64,000 bases of DNA from Felis catus (taxonomy: Eukaryota), in NCBI RefSeq assembly GCF_018350175.1, contig NC_058368.1, positions 153,142,001-153,206,000 on the forward strand, read 5' to 3'. Shown here in pieces: positions 38,498 to 50,852 of this stretch. The position numbers were made by a program, and so were the translations under genes. Every line of letters starts with the position of its first letter. The stretch's first letter is position 1. The notes beneath the pieces were generated by a model that was not told where the DNA came from, did not search any database, and saw nothing but the letters and a program-made list of their open reading frames with translations.

Positions 38498-38700
38498 GGC
38501 AACAGACTGTTTTTATTCCAAGTAGAGGAACAGGCTACGTAAGCAGATAAAAACATGGGGCAAGTCAAAAGAAATGTCAGACCCCAAGCTCATGGGTGTG
38601 TTTCTTTCTCATGGTGTGAGAGTTGGGCCAGAAGTCTGTCCACCATGTCAGGACCTGCAATGCAGGCTTGATCAAGCTGTAGTTCAGAAATGCAGCACTA

Positions 38701-38935
38701 GGGGCACCTGGGTGGCTTAGTTGGTTAAGCATCTGACTTCACTCAAGTCATGATCTTGCAGTTTGTGAGTTCAAGCCCCATGTTGGGCTCCATGCTGACA
38801 GCTCAGAGCCTGGAGCCTGCTTTAGATTCTGTGTCTCTCCCTCTCCTTCTGTCATTCCCCGACTCTGTTTCTCTTGCACTCTGTTTCTCTTTCAAAAATA
38901 AATAAACATTTTTTAAAAACTTTTTTTTAAAAGAA
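38701..38935 (+). mobile_element. Can-SINE (felid type)
   Basis: TSD AGAAATG(C/A)AGCAC. Confidence 0.94.
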
Positions 38936-40251
38936 AGAAATGAAGCACAAGATTTAAGACAAAAGCAAGTCTTTCGTGCCCAGTGTCATCTGGGTCTTGT
39001 GTTTCTTTCTTTCTTTTTTTAATGGATTTTTTTTTCCCAGAGAGGAGAGCATGACGTCAGCCAAATATGTGATACAGGCTCATCTAATTAAAATTTTGTT
39101 TATTTACTTGTGATTTTAAAAGAATATGAAGCATACTTGTGAGACATTTGTGTCTGGAAAGAGTTGAGCAACTCTAAAGCTGTAACGTGTGGTGATTGGT
39201 TAAAAATTACTAAATTATGTGTCTTTATTTTCCGCGAAATGTCAAATGTTGTTCTTTTGCTTCTATAAAGGTCAATATGGCTTAAAGAGAAAGGGGGAAA
39301 AAACCAAACTTGGACTGTTAACTTGTTATTGAACTTTAGAAGTGTTTTATTTACCAGTAAAATTAAATCTAAAAATGTTTTGGTGGCTCTGAAACAAGAA
39401 AGACTAGATTGCAATAAAGTTAATGACTTTGTGTTACTTTCCTCTTCTTTCTGGGCCTTTCAGTGAAAAACAAAAGGGGCAAACAAGTTAAACAGCAAAA
39501 GTTATTTATAATTACTCTGTGTATACGTATATGTGGGATATATATTATGTTGCATGGATGGGGTGTCATAATTTTTTCCTTATGCTTTCTGCCCTTTGAT
39601 GTTCTTGAACAGAATATAGTTGGGGAAATAAAATTCTTTTGGTAAATACGTTTCATAGTGACATTTACTAATGGTAACCAGGGACTTGCTTCTCAGAGAA
39701 GTCATCTCCTTTTTATGACCAGTGATGAACAACTGCACACACACACATGGTTAGAAAAGGAGAAAGTACCCTTTGTTCTAGGTTATTTCCAAAAAACCAT
39801 TGTTATTTATTAGGACCATTTGCTCTGTTTACGATACACTACTACCTCATACCCCTTTTTGGGGAAAAAAAAGAGTAAAAATAATTAAATGGTAGTATTT
39901 AACTCAAATTGCATCTTCTAATCTTGTTGCAAAGGCTGAGAGTAGTCTGGCAACATGCAGGTCAGGAAATGTTTTGCTGTCACTGACAGAACACATGCTG
40001 GTGACATGTTCAAAATAGAATATGCCAAAGCTCCTCTTTTTTAATTCCAGTAGAGTTAACATAAAAGTTCATCTTTTGTAGCTCCCCACTCTGCTCCCCA
40101 TGTCTTTTTCCTTCTCATGTCCCCTGCCCACTACCCCAGTTTGTGCTCTTTTGCTGAACTTGGCTCACTGTCCAACAGTGAGCTCAACTGTCCCCTGCTG
40201 ACAGTCCCACAGTGCCAGTTTCAGGTGTGCTTCTTGCCATGATATTGGCAC

Positions 40252-40311
40252 TTTTTTTTTAAGTTTATTTACTTTTCCTGAGAGAGACAGAGACAGCATG
40301 AGAGGGGGAGG

Positions 40312-40355
<44 letters not shown>

Positions 40356-40475
40356 CCCGAGCAGGCTCCGAGCTGTCAGCACAGAGCCCAACACGGGGCT
40401 TGAACTCACAAAACCGTGAGATCATGACCTGAGCCAAAGTCAGGTGCTTAACCGACTGAGCCACCCAGGCGCCCC
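40252..40475 (-). mobile_element. Can-SINE with expanded (GA)n
   Basis: TSD ATATTG(G/A)CA; head CAGGCGCCCC. Confidence 0.95.
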
Positions 40476-40503
40476 AATATTGACATTTTTGAAAGGGACT
40501 CCT

Positions 40504-40680
40504 GGGGCACCTGGGTGGCTCAGACATTTAAGCATCCGACTTCGGCTCAGGTCATGATCTCACGGTTTGTGAGTTTGAGCCCCACATGGGGCTCACTGCT
40601 GTCAGGTTAGAGCCCAGTTTGGATCGTCTGTCTCCCTCTCTCTCTGCCCCTTTCCCTTGTCTCTCAAAAATAACTTTAAA
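40504..40680 (+). mobile_element. Can-SINE
   Basis: TSD-like AAAG(G/A)GACT. Confidence 0.92.
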
Positions 40681-40686
40681 AGAGAC

Positions 40687-41035
40687 TTCCATTCAGTAGA
40701 TGGCCTCTTTATTTTTTGGATGGTTTCCTTTGATTGGATATTGTATAGAATTGTTGAATCACTAGGTTGTACACCTGAAATTAATATAACATTACATGCC
40801 AACTATACTTCAATAATAATTTTTTTAATTTATTAATTAATTTTTTGAGAGAGAGCATGGGAGAGGCAGAGAGAGAGACAAGGAGAGAGACGATCCCAAG
40901 CAGGCTCTGCCCTGTCAGTGCAGAGCCTGATGTGGGGCCCAAACCCACGAACCGTGAGATCATGACCTGAGCCAAAATCAAGAGTCAGACACTTAATCAC
41001 TGAGCCAGCCAGGCATCCCAATAAAAAAAAAAAAT
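40687..41035. mobile_element. Mini L1 with 5' inversion (antisense ORF2 piece + sense 3' end); tail split by a SINE
   Basis: 40687-40732 on the minus strand encodes KETIQKIKRPSTEWK (L1 ORF2-like); 40742-40816 on the plus strand is a carnivore L1 terminus (GTTGAATCACTAGGTTGTACACCTGAAATTAATATAACATT). Confidence 0.75.
40817..41018 (-). mobile_element. Can-SINE inserted in the L1 tail
   Basis: TSD CAATAA; head GCCAGGCATCCC. Confidence 0.93.
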
Positions 41036-41191
41036 GAAGTTAAAAAAGGGGGTGCTTTCAGATTCACTCCCATTTCTCTTTCTCCTGGAGAGCAAGTAAA
41101 CGTGATAAAACCCATTTGCCTTAGTAATCCACTTTCCAGGATGATTTGTGCTTGCATGTGATTAGGAAGTACAAACTCTTCACCACACTTC

Positions 41192-41386
41192 TTGGGTTAA
41201 AATCCTAGCCCAGCCACTCCCAGTTCACTAATGTTATGTTACTTATGATCCTTGTACCTCCCTTTCCTCATCCACAAAGTCGGAATGGTAGTAATATCCT
41301 GTCTCAGTGTTGTTGAATGAGACACTAGACATAAAGCATTTAAGAGTGGTAGTACATAACAAGCACACAACAAATGGTAGCTATTT
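41192..41386 (+). mobile_element. MIR
   Basis: GGGTTAAAATCCTAGCCCAGCCACT...TTTCCTCATCCACAAAGT...AAATGGTAGCTATT. Confidence 0.75.
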
Positions 41387-41517
41387 TTTTTGTGATTACT
41401 ATTCTTCCCAATGTTACCACTCCTGTTTTATAAATCTCATTTGCTGAATTCACTTGTCATTACTTCTCCATTCCTGAGCTATGAATTTGCTGTAGTTACT
41501 ACCAGAAGATGCTTAAC

Positions 41518-41820
41518 TTTGATTGATTGATTGATTGATTAATTAACTCTGGCCCAGGAACTGTTTTATGTGTTTTGGATAAATCAGTTACCAAAACAAA
41601 CAAGAGTGCTTGTCCTTGAGAAACTTGCATTTTAGTGGGGGGTAGATAGATAATACAAATAAACATAAGGAAATTATGTAGCATATTAGAAGGTGATAAA
41701 TGCCAAGTTCAGGAGAGGGACAGGCAGGCAAGTGGGTTGCATAAATAGCTGGTCCTGAAGCATTTTGAGGAGGCGAGTGATAAGCACATTTAGAAGGAAA
41801 CAAAGGAAGGCCTGAGAGTC
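41518..41820 (-). mobile_element. L2 3' end with (TTGA)n
   Basis: (GATT)n, then CCAGGAACTGTTTTATGTG...CCTTGAGAAACTTGCATTTTAGTGGGG. Confidence 0.7.
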
Positions 41821-42394
41821 CATTTTCCATTGCTTTTACTTCCTTGTCTGACTCACATATTTATTAATTTTTTTTTTCCTGAATAGACTTTGTTTTTATT
41901 ATTTCTGAGTAGCCACCAGGGACTTCCATTACACTATTAGTTTCACCAAGTGAATATCTATTCAACTAGCTTTTTTTGCCCCATTTTTTTGGCTTTTTAT
42001 CCTAAAATTTCCTGTTGCATTCAGTTTCTGGTATATTTTGAACTCATCTATCAAAAGCACCACAAAATTAATTTTTAAAAATGTCTGTCTAGTTTTTCTC
42101 TCACAGTTAAGTGTGGTTAATATTAGGTTCATTATGTAAGGTCTCATTTTCACTTCAGGCCCACCTAGTAATGCTGCATCAAAAGGAAGTTAAAACTTAA
42201 CTGCTTAAGCTAGGATGAAAATACTCAATCTGGGCATTGAGGGTTGCAGTGGTGACTTTAACACACCTGTGGAAAAAACCCCAGCCCTAGTGCAGACCCC
42301 CAAAGTTCACATAATGGAGGACTGCAGTGATGACAAGTAGGACACAACAATCACAGCAAAATGTAGTCTTCTTTAAAAAAAAAACTCTGTCCAT

Positions 42395-42590
42395 GGGGTG
42401 CCTGGGTGGCTCTGTTGGTTAAGCGTCCCACTCTTGGTTTCGGCTCAGGTTGGGCTCAGGTCAGGCTTGTCGCTAAGCATGGAGCCTGCTTGAGATTCTC
42501 TCTCCCTCTCTCTCTGCCCCTCCCTCATTTGCATGCTCTCTCTCTCAAAGATAAATAAATATTAAAAAAATAAAAGTAAAATAAAAAAAA
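42395..42590 (+). mobile_element. Can-SINE lacking the B-box segment
   Basis: TSD TCTGTCCATG; GGCTCAGGT duplicated at the deletion. Confidence 0.9.
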
Positions 42591-43145
42591 TCTGTCCATG
42601 ACAGACTTCAGCATTTTCATTACAGAGACAGAAAGAAAACTTCAGATTGGTTGGTTTAGTTCAGAAAATTGCCTGAAAATATGTGACTCTGAGGTTTTCC
42701 ATCATGCTCTCTTAAATATGAGTCTCTGTGTTTTTATAATTAATTTCTAAAGCTCTATGTTAATCATTTAATATTAAACGAACTATCACTTCACATGTGA
42801 AGTTTGAAAGTCTCTAGAACAGTACGGTCTGTGTTTGGGAGAGACGGAGGAGGGCGAGCAGGAGGCGGTCCCTCCGAGACTTGGGGTTTCAGCAGCTTTG
42901 TCAGGGGGCAGTGCAGACGTCAGAGTCCAGCTCAACAAGACTATCTAGAATAAAAGCAATGGAGTGCACGAAGGGAAGTCACTTGCTACTTTTCCCTCTG
43001 CTTCCCTTTTCAGGTATCCTCAGTTCTCAGGTCCTATCTCCCCTGAATTTGCAAAAATAGAGGACCTGATGCTCTCTAGATGTGTTGAGATAATCCTTTA
43101 AACTGTGTGCTTGCTGCTGACATTATGTGTAAACACTGGTCTCTT

Positions 43146-43285
43146 GAGACGCCTAGGTGGCTCAGTCGGCTAAGCTTCTGACTCTTGATTTCCGCTCAGG
43201 TTGTGATCTCACGGTTCATGAGATTGAGCCCCACCACCAGCCCTGCGTTGGGCTGCCCGCTATAAGCACAGAGCCTGCTTGGGAT

Positions 43286-43316
<31 letters not shown>

Positions 43317-43397
43317 CTGCCTCTCCCCTGCTTTCTCTCTGTCTCTCTCTCTCAAAATAAATAAGTTAAAAACTTTTTAAAAAATAAATAGAAGAAA
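43146..43397 (+). mobile_element. Can-SINE
   Basis: GAGACGCCTAGGTGGCTCAG head, (CT)n, A tail. Confidence 0.9.
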
Positions 43398-43624
43398 ATA
43401 TCATTCACTTTGAGTAGGTCATGTAATGCAGTTTGCCCAAATGATACTTCTCTGAAAGGACTTGTAGTGCAGTTAGAAGATACAGGGAAAGCTGTAATCT
43501 GAAACATCACTTTGCAAAATTACTAGGGTGAATAATCTGACCCATAAGAATGCACTGAAAATCCCAAAAAGATTGCCCAGAGAGAATCAGGCAACATTAG
43601 TCTATGTAAATGACAGCACAGAAG

Positions 43625-43772
43625 TAAGGATCTGGAATTAGACATGCATAAGCTTGAATTCTAGGTATGGTGCCATGCCTAAGTCCCAGTAAGTGAAATA
43701 ACACATGTAAAGTGCTCAGCCCCAGTGCTCGGCACATAAGCAAATGCTCAGTACAGGGTAGTTTTACTATTT
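43625..43772 (+). mobile_element. MIR fragment
   Basis: GTGAAATAACACATGTAAAGTGCTCAGC...GGCACATAAGCAAATGCTCAGTA. Confidence 0.65.
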
Positions 43773-46139
43773 AAAAGAAAAAAAAAAGGAAAAAAGAGAG
43801 GCAGAGAAAAGTTGCATGGCTTTAAATAATTCTCCAAATTTATTTTGAATAGATGCATTTTGTGCTAGAGCTTTTCATGGTAACCAGATCAACAAAGCAC
43901 GGAAAGTACTATTGCTAGGGCATATTGGCTGGAATGAACAAATATGTGATGATGGTCATACACGATACAGAGGTATTTTATTGCATTCCCATCTTCTTGC
44001 CTTAGACCATGCCATTACATTCATGTGTAATTCTCTTCCCCTTTTTAAAATTTTTCCAGATCTTACCTTTCTTAAGGATCCAGCTTTAAATGTAGCACTT
44101 CGGTGAAAACTTCTGGGCCTCACTAGTTTCCCATAATCTCTTCTGATGCCAGCCCCCGCATTGTAGCCTATATTTCCACTCATTTGGAACACCCTCCGCC
44201 ACCTGGGGCTGTTCCCCAACCATTTCCCTGAAGACCCACTCTCCTGTTTCTTTTGTACTGCCCGGAAAGCTTAATTACAGGGCTGGCACAATGTCCTCAG
44301 TAAATTCTTGTTGAGTTAAATCTCTTATTTGAAATTTCCAATGCCTGCATTCCCCTCCCACAAATCTCCTCAATTTAGGAAAATCTCTTGAAATGACTCA
44401 CAATTTTTAGCACCTCATCCCAAACTGACATTTTCAAATTATTTACATGCTTCATAGTTTTCCAGTGTGTACCATCAAAACAGTGTTTATATTAAAAGAA
44501 CATGTTTAATTATCAAGCATTTATCCCAGTAAATGTGCTGATAGCCAGCAGCATTGTCCTATTGACAAAGAGCTGGAGTAGCTGAAGGTTACATGCTTTG
44601 CCTCAAATAATAGATTTAGTGGTGGGATTAGGAACACGAGTAAGATTAGCCTCCCAGAGCGGTCTGTGGCCTTAAGCAGCCAGGAAGGTGAAGTCGGTGC
44701 CTTAGTTAACTCACTAACTTTACTGGAAGTGCATATTTTCCGCGTGCCAAGTTCAGTAAGTCATGGAGTAAATGTTTATTTTGCTATGCTTTGAAAAGTT
44801 GCTTTGCTTCTTGTAAGTTTTCTCGATGGAGGAATTCCAAGATATGACTTAATCTATGTTTGCAGCATTGAACTAGAAACAGGATTTGTTCTGTGACTTG
44901 GCTCTGTCATTTATGGGCCACTTCTGGAGGGAGGGTGTGTGGAAGAAACAGGAGAAAAACCTGGCGTTTGAATGCCAACAAGTGACATACTCATAAAGTT
45001 TTTGATTTTCTGACATCCAAAGGCAGGCATCCAGCCTTGCAGAACAGTAGGTGTCCATCTTGGAGATCATAGTCACTGGTTTCCAGAATTACAGTAACCA
45101 GGTAGTACACAGGATCACCTCATCGGACTTTCCCATAACCTGCACAAAGAACACCTTTGTGCTTTCCTGTGGGTGCTGTGTTTTGACTCTTGGAATAAAC
45201 TCCCTCAGGTGACAGGTGACCTAGTCATCACTAGTAAGGAATGCTATCACCAGTTGGGGCTATCTGTTATTATCCTTTGAATTTACTCAAGGCCTATAAA
45301 GCATTTGAGAGTTCATGTTTGTTAACTAATAGTTATCTTATCAGAGATTTGGGTTATTACTAAAGGAACTACCAAAGAGTGCATGTCATAGAAAAATATC
45401 TCTTCAGCTGGATAAATAGTCCATGTAACCACACAGTAGACACAGCAAAAGCAAGATCTTATTGACAGCTATAATCTGGGATAAGAAATTAGGAAGCTAA
45501 CTTCGTGGGTGACACCAGGACTTAGCCTGAACCACTTTAAGTCCTCTCTGTTTTCCTCATACAAATCTGGGTTGCTTTCAAAATCAACAGACTGTCATGC
45601 TGTTGATTCACAACCTCAACAACTTTGTTAACCCTTTTTACAGTGAAGTCACTCTGATTCTTGAACTCATTACAAGTATACTAGCTTTACGGTTCTTCAC
45701 ATTCCTCATGCCCCCTTAGGCAACACTCTACAATATAGTTTAAAATCTAATCACTCTTCTCAGTATTATAATTTTGAACAACCAACAGGATTCATTTTGG
45801 GTTTGTAATATCCTCATTGGGAACCATATGGACCATTTAAGTAAACATCTGTGATTCCCTTTAGTTGTACACTGAAAATAAAGTGCTACATGAAGATTTT
45901 ATTCAGCCTGATATCAGAAGCTTCACTGCTCTTCTCTGTTGGTTATTGCAGCAGGGACACGTCTTGTCTTCTTGAAAGCTTTCTTGGATGTACTACTGTT
46001 TCCTCCTGCCTGCTGCCTGGCTTCCTGTATGTCTTGGGAAAACTCGCTGGGAAGTCAAGCCTTGCCATGGGGTCTTCTCCGCTCGGCCCCAAGCGTTTTT
46101 TGACGTATTTCTTCAAATCTCCCACAAATTCTTTTTTTC

Positions 46140-46300
46140 CTTATCATGACACTTACACACCATAATATTGTTACTTTTGTTTTTCTCTCACTGACCCACC
46201 AGCCGCTTGAAGACAGGTGGTATATGTTTTATTTCTTTTTCAAACTCCATGTCGCTTCTCAGACATGTTGAATGAATGAATGAACCCATGAATGAATAAA
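46140..46300 (+). mobile_element. L2 3' end with (ATGA)n
   Basis: CTTGAAGACAGG...ATGTTGAATGAATGAATGAA. Confidence 0.6.
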
Positions 46301-47765
46301 TACTCAAATGAATGCTAAGAACAATGAATGGTTTATTGTACCTTTCCAATATGTTGACTTATATTGGTGTATCCTAAATTTAAGTCACCCTTTACCACTA
46401 ATATCCCCCTCCACACACACACTGATTAAAAAATAGTAAAGACGTGAAGGTCCATTCTGCTGTATTTGCAGTAAACTGATAATGGCCACACTAATTCCAG
46501 AATGTTCTGTCCCTGGTTCCCAGTACTTATCATTTGAACCATCACCATTGTTCATTCCAAGGCAAATCTGAAAGGACAGGATTCACTGGGAAATAAATGT
46601 CCCTTTAAGTTCCTAGAGGATTATTATAAAAACAGGGAGGCAAAGATTCTTTAATGTTGGAAAAATAAAACAAGACTGCTATAATTAAACCCAAAAGCTA
46701 TAGTATAGATGAGAAAAAGCAGTAATCACCCTAAAATAGAAAGAGCCTGGATTTCAAATATTTAATTTTCTCTGGACTAAGAAGTTGATGCAGACTGTTG
46801 TGGGTGTTTTAAGATCAAAATGATTTAGACAGATATATGTAGAACATTTTGCTGTTGTACGTATGGGCTAGAACTAACTCTGAAACTCATTTCCTTTTTT
46901 TATAAACAAATATGGTTGACATTTACTAGGGGCACTCTTTCTTCTCTACCACATATAATTGTTATGTAGCAAGAAAAGCAAAAATCACTATTAGAGATCT
47001 ATTTATGAAATTTCTCTACTACCATTCTCGGTCATGCAGCCATGACCCGGACTAACTTAGAAAGCAATTTGGAAAGAAGGTACACTTCTTCCTTTCCTAC
47101 GAATTCTGTGATCACGTATCGTGACTGGATTCACCAGTATTTTAATGCTGTATAGGATGTGGTGGTGGTGGTTTTCTTTCAAGGGTATTTTAGATGCTGC
47201 CTTTATCTTTGTAGACACCGTAGATCAAAGTTTGATTCTTAAGTTTACAGCCTCAAAAACTTGAATTTCTTGTAATTGCAATTAAATAAACAAGTTCTTG
47301 AAAACAAAACAAAGCAAAATAAAACAAACAAAAAAACTTGAATTTGACAAGGCTCCAGAAAGCTGATTCACTACTCAAGTGTTCATGAGGTATTAATTTA
47401 CAATGAGATTTGTGTGTGGCTGGGGAAATGGACCAGTTGTCCACAGAAAGTAAATTCATAAATTTAACCTTCTTTGTGATAAGCCCAAGAGGAGACAAAA
47501 TACATGAACTGTGTATATTATATTCTGCAACTATTTAAAAAATCAAACTTTAATTCTAAAAAGACTCATATAATCCAGTCTCCAGCACATCTTGATTTTG
47601 CAAGTGAGAAACTGGGACCCTGGGTTTTCAGAAGTATTTAGTGACAGAGCTGAGACTGGAGTCCAAGACTACCAGATAGAGATCTATATACTTTTCACAA
47701 CCTCTGCTACCTCCCTGATTTTGGAGTGGGTTGGGTGGTCAGAAGTTGAAACTGCAGATGACCCA

Positions 47766-48100
47766 GGGGCACCTGGCAGCTCAGTCAGTAGAGCATTTAA
47801 TTCCTGATCAGGGTTGTAAGTTCAAGCCCGACATTGGGTATAGAGATTACTTAATTTTTTTTTTTAATTTTTTAACATTTATTTATTTTTGAGAGACAGA
47901 GCACGAACAGGGGAGGGGCAGAGAGAGAGGGAGACACAGAATCCGAAGCAGGTTCCAGCACAGAGCCCGACGCAGGGCTCGAACACATAAACCACGAGAT
48001 CATGACCTGAGCCAAAGTCAGACGCTTAACCGACTGAGCCACCCAGGCACCCCTAGATGTTACTTTAAAAAATAAAATCTTTTTTAAAAAGATTTTTAAA
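47766..48100 (+). mobile_element. Short Can-SINE interrupted by an antisense SINE
   Basis: Head 47766-47852; tail resumes after 48065. Confidence 0.85.
47853..48053 (-). mobile_element. Can-SINE nested in the short SINE
   Basis: TSD TAGA(GA/TG)TTACTT 47841-47852 and 48054-48065. Confidence 0.93.
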
Positions 48101-48173
48101 AAGAATATTTTTAGAGACTATAAAATTAAACAGGAGAAAAAAATCCTCAAAAAGAATATTAGAAGCTTAAGGC

Positions 48174-48400
48174 AGGGCACCTGGGTGGCTCAGTCGGTTA
48201 AGCGGCCGACTTCAGCTCAGGTCATGATCTCATGGTCCGTGAGTTCGAGCCCCGCGTTGGGCTCTGGTGCTGACCGCTCAGAGCCTGGAGCCTGTTTCAG
48301 ATTCTGTGTCTCCCTCTCTCTCTGCCCCTCCCGTGTTCATGCTCTCTCTCTGTCTCAAAAATAAATAAGTATTAAAAAAAATTTTTTTTAATTAAAAAAA
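48174..48400 (+). mobile_element. Can-SINE (felid type)
   Basis: TSD AAGCTTAAG. Confidence 0.95.
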
Positions 48401-48779
48401 AAGCTTAAGTCATCTGATAAAGCACCTTTATCTCTACTTTGGGTGGGGGACTGGTAAATTTCTAAATTTAAAAATGGAAGAAGACAGCAAGAAATAAAAC
48501 ATCTGGGTCAGTGGTTAGTGGTAAAGAATCTCTGACAGATTCTTGACACTCACTGGCTACCTAAGTGATCATTTGTCATTAGTTTCCTGAATGTTTTATC
48601 TTTACACAACAAATTGTTAGATTTATTTTAACTATTACATTGTAAATCAATGTGTCTTTAATTAGAAGTCTCTCTGGAGTTTCCAATAAATTTGAGTTTT
48701 GTTATTACCTTCATTGGTAGTATATTCACAAATCATATTTTAGATTATTTCTGCAAAGATTTCAACAGATGGTCTTTCT

Positions 48780-49640
48780 TATCACTTATTCATGCAAAAG
48801 TATTTCATAAGTCAGTCACTATATCAGGTTCTAAGAGTACAATGGAGGACGAAACAGGATCAGTCCCAAACAGAGCACATAAAATATCACAGAGGCTACT
48901 TCTCCTGTGGGAGGCAGATTTTAACAAAATAATCACACAAAAGTGCTAAAAACTATGATAAGTTCTACAAGAGAACAGTGTTGGGTGCTATGAAAGCATA
49001 AACAGAAGAAAAGCATGGAATTGGGGGGATTCCTGAGGAAGTGAGGTCAGAAGGCTGAGTAAGTGGTACCAGTCTCAAGGGAAATTCTGCGTCGTTCTCC
49101 AGGCAGAGAGAGCCACATGTGAGGGAGCTCTTAGAAGCCTGCCTGGCCATCCTACCTGTGCAATACACAGTCATGGAATGATTGGAAAAATGAACATGCC
49201 AAGCCCTTGAGGTGGCGGACTTGAAATTAGGCTAGCGTAGCTGGATGTGGAAAATGCAAGCGGGGTGGCGGCAAAGAGCTTGGAAAAGTGGGTAGCATCC
49301 AGGTCTTGCAGAGGCCTATGAGACATTTTAGGAGTGGGGCCTTTATCTTAGAAGAGGAGTAAACATTAAAGGGTTGTAAGCAGTGAAGTGGCAGCTTCTG
49401 TCACAGAGAATTATCGCAGGAGAGGGGGGAAGAGAGCAGAGGCGAACTGATACAGAGATTCTTACCTCGGTGAAGGTGTGAGGTCATGGTGACTGACTAG
49501 CGCTCAGTGGATTTGTAGAGAAGTCCAAGGTTCAAGAGATATTTCAGAGGCAAAACTACCTACCCTTGCGGTGGACTAGATTGCAGGATGGGGAGGAGGA
49601 GGGAGAGGGGGTCATCCCAGGTGTCCCATGCCTTTCTTGT
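48780..49640 (-). mobile_element. L2 relic
   Basis: ATTCATGCAAAAGTATTT...GGGAGGCAGATTTTAACAAAATAATCACACAAA...GGCCTTTATCTTAGAAG...TTCAAGAGATATTTCAGAGG. Confidence 0.75.
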
Positions 49641-49654
49641 GACTTCAGTATGTG

Positions 49655-49815
49655 TAAATGACCCACCTTACACAGCTTTGAGAAAGTTACTGAACCTCTC
49701 TGAAGAAAGGCTCGTGGGATACAGAACGATAACACCTACTTCATAGGATTGTTGAGAGGTTTGGACAACAATGTTTTCAAAGCCCCTAATATGTGCCTGG
49801 CACATTCAGAAGAGC
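49655..49815 (+). mobile_element. MIR
   Basis: AAGTTACTGAACCTCTCTGAAG...ACACCTACTTCATAGGATTGTTGAGAGG...GTGCCTGGCACAT. Confidence 0.75.
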
Positions 49816-49837
49816 AAGAGATAGAAATTACCTTTCC

Positions 49838-50018
49838 TTTTTTTTTTTTTTTTTTTTTTTTTGAGAAAGGGAGAGAGAGAGAGCACATACACACGAGTGG
49901 GAGAGGGGCAGAGGGAGAGAGAGATTCTCAAGGAGGCTCCACACCAGGCTCAATCCCACAACCAATCATGAGATCATGACCTGGGCCAACATCAAGAGTC
50001 AGACACTGTATCTGCCCA
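49838..50018 (-). mobile_element. Can-SINE, 5'-truncated and internally deleted
   Basis: T25 tail; TSD TACCTTTCCTTTTTT 49829 and 50019. Confidence 0.9.
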
Positions 50019-50144
50019 TACCTTTCCTTTTTTGTGTGCTCATTTTGCATCTTCTACTTATGGGACTCTTGTATTTTGCATCTTATATTTCTGGGAATCC
50101 CACGAACTTTGTCTGATTTGCTACTATAATAAATGTTTTTCTAA

Positions 50145-50260
50145 TATTATTGTTATTATTATTTTTATTTTTAAGTAAACTCTACGCCCAATGTGGGGCT
50201 TGAACTAATGACCCCAAGATCAAGAGTTGCATGCTTTACAAATGGAGCTGGCCAGGCACC
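50145..50260 (-). mobile_element. Short Can-SINE
   Basis: GTGGGGCTTGAAC...GATCAAGAGT...GCCAGGCACC. Confidence 0.87.
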
Positions 50261-50297
50261 GTAAAATGAGTATGTTTTTAATACAGTACTTATTTTA

Positions 50298-50525
50298 GGG
50301 GTTTCTTGGGTGGCTCAGTAGGTTAAGCATCTGACTTCGGCCCAGGTCATGATCTATAATTCATGAGTTCAAGCCCCATGTTGAGCTCTGCTCTGACAGC
50401 TCAGAGACTGGAACCTGTTTCGGATTCTGTGTCTCCTTCTCTCTCTCTGCCCCTCTCTAGCTTGTGCACAAGTGCACACACATACTCTCTCTCTCTCAAA
50501 AATAAATAAACATTTTGGGGAAAAA
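50298..50525 (+). mobile_element. Can-SINE (felid type)
   Basis: TSD AGTACTTATTTTA 50285-50297 and 50526-50538. Confidence 0.94.
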
Positions 50526-50597
50526 AGTACTTATTTTATCAGGTTTTTGTACAGAGGACAAGCCCATCATACAACTTATTAAGGATACATACTTCTT

Positions 50598-50818
50598 GGG
50601 GCACCTGGGTGGCTCAGTCGGTTAAGCGTCCGACTTCGGCTTGGGTCATGATCTCACAGTCTGTGAGTTCGAGCCCTGCGTCAGGCTCTGTGCTGACAGC
50701 TCAGAGCCTGGTCCTGTTTCAAATTCTGTGTCTCCCTCTCTCTCTGCCCCTCCCCTGCTCATGCTCTGTCTCTGTCTCAAAAATAAATAAGTGTTTTAAA
50801 AAAATTAAAAAAAAAAAA
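50598..50818 (+). mobile_element. Can-SINE (felid type)
   Basis: TSD AAGGATAC(A/G)TACTT(C/T)TT. Confidence 0.95.
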
Positions 50819-50852
50819 AAGGATACGTACTTTTTGGCACTTTGGCAGGTAA

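Noticed and set aside
39001..39040. Strong polypyrimidine tract + CAG as an extra exon start
   Set aside because: No convincing donor or ADGRV1-like frame follows.
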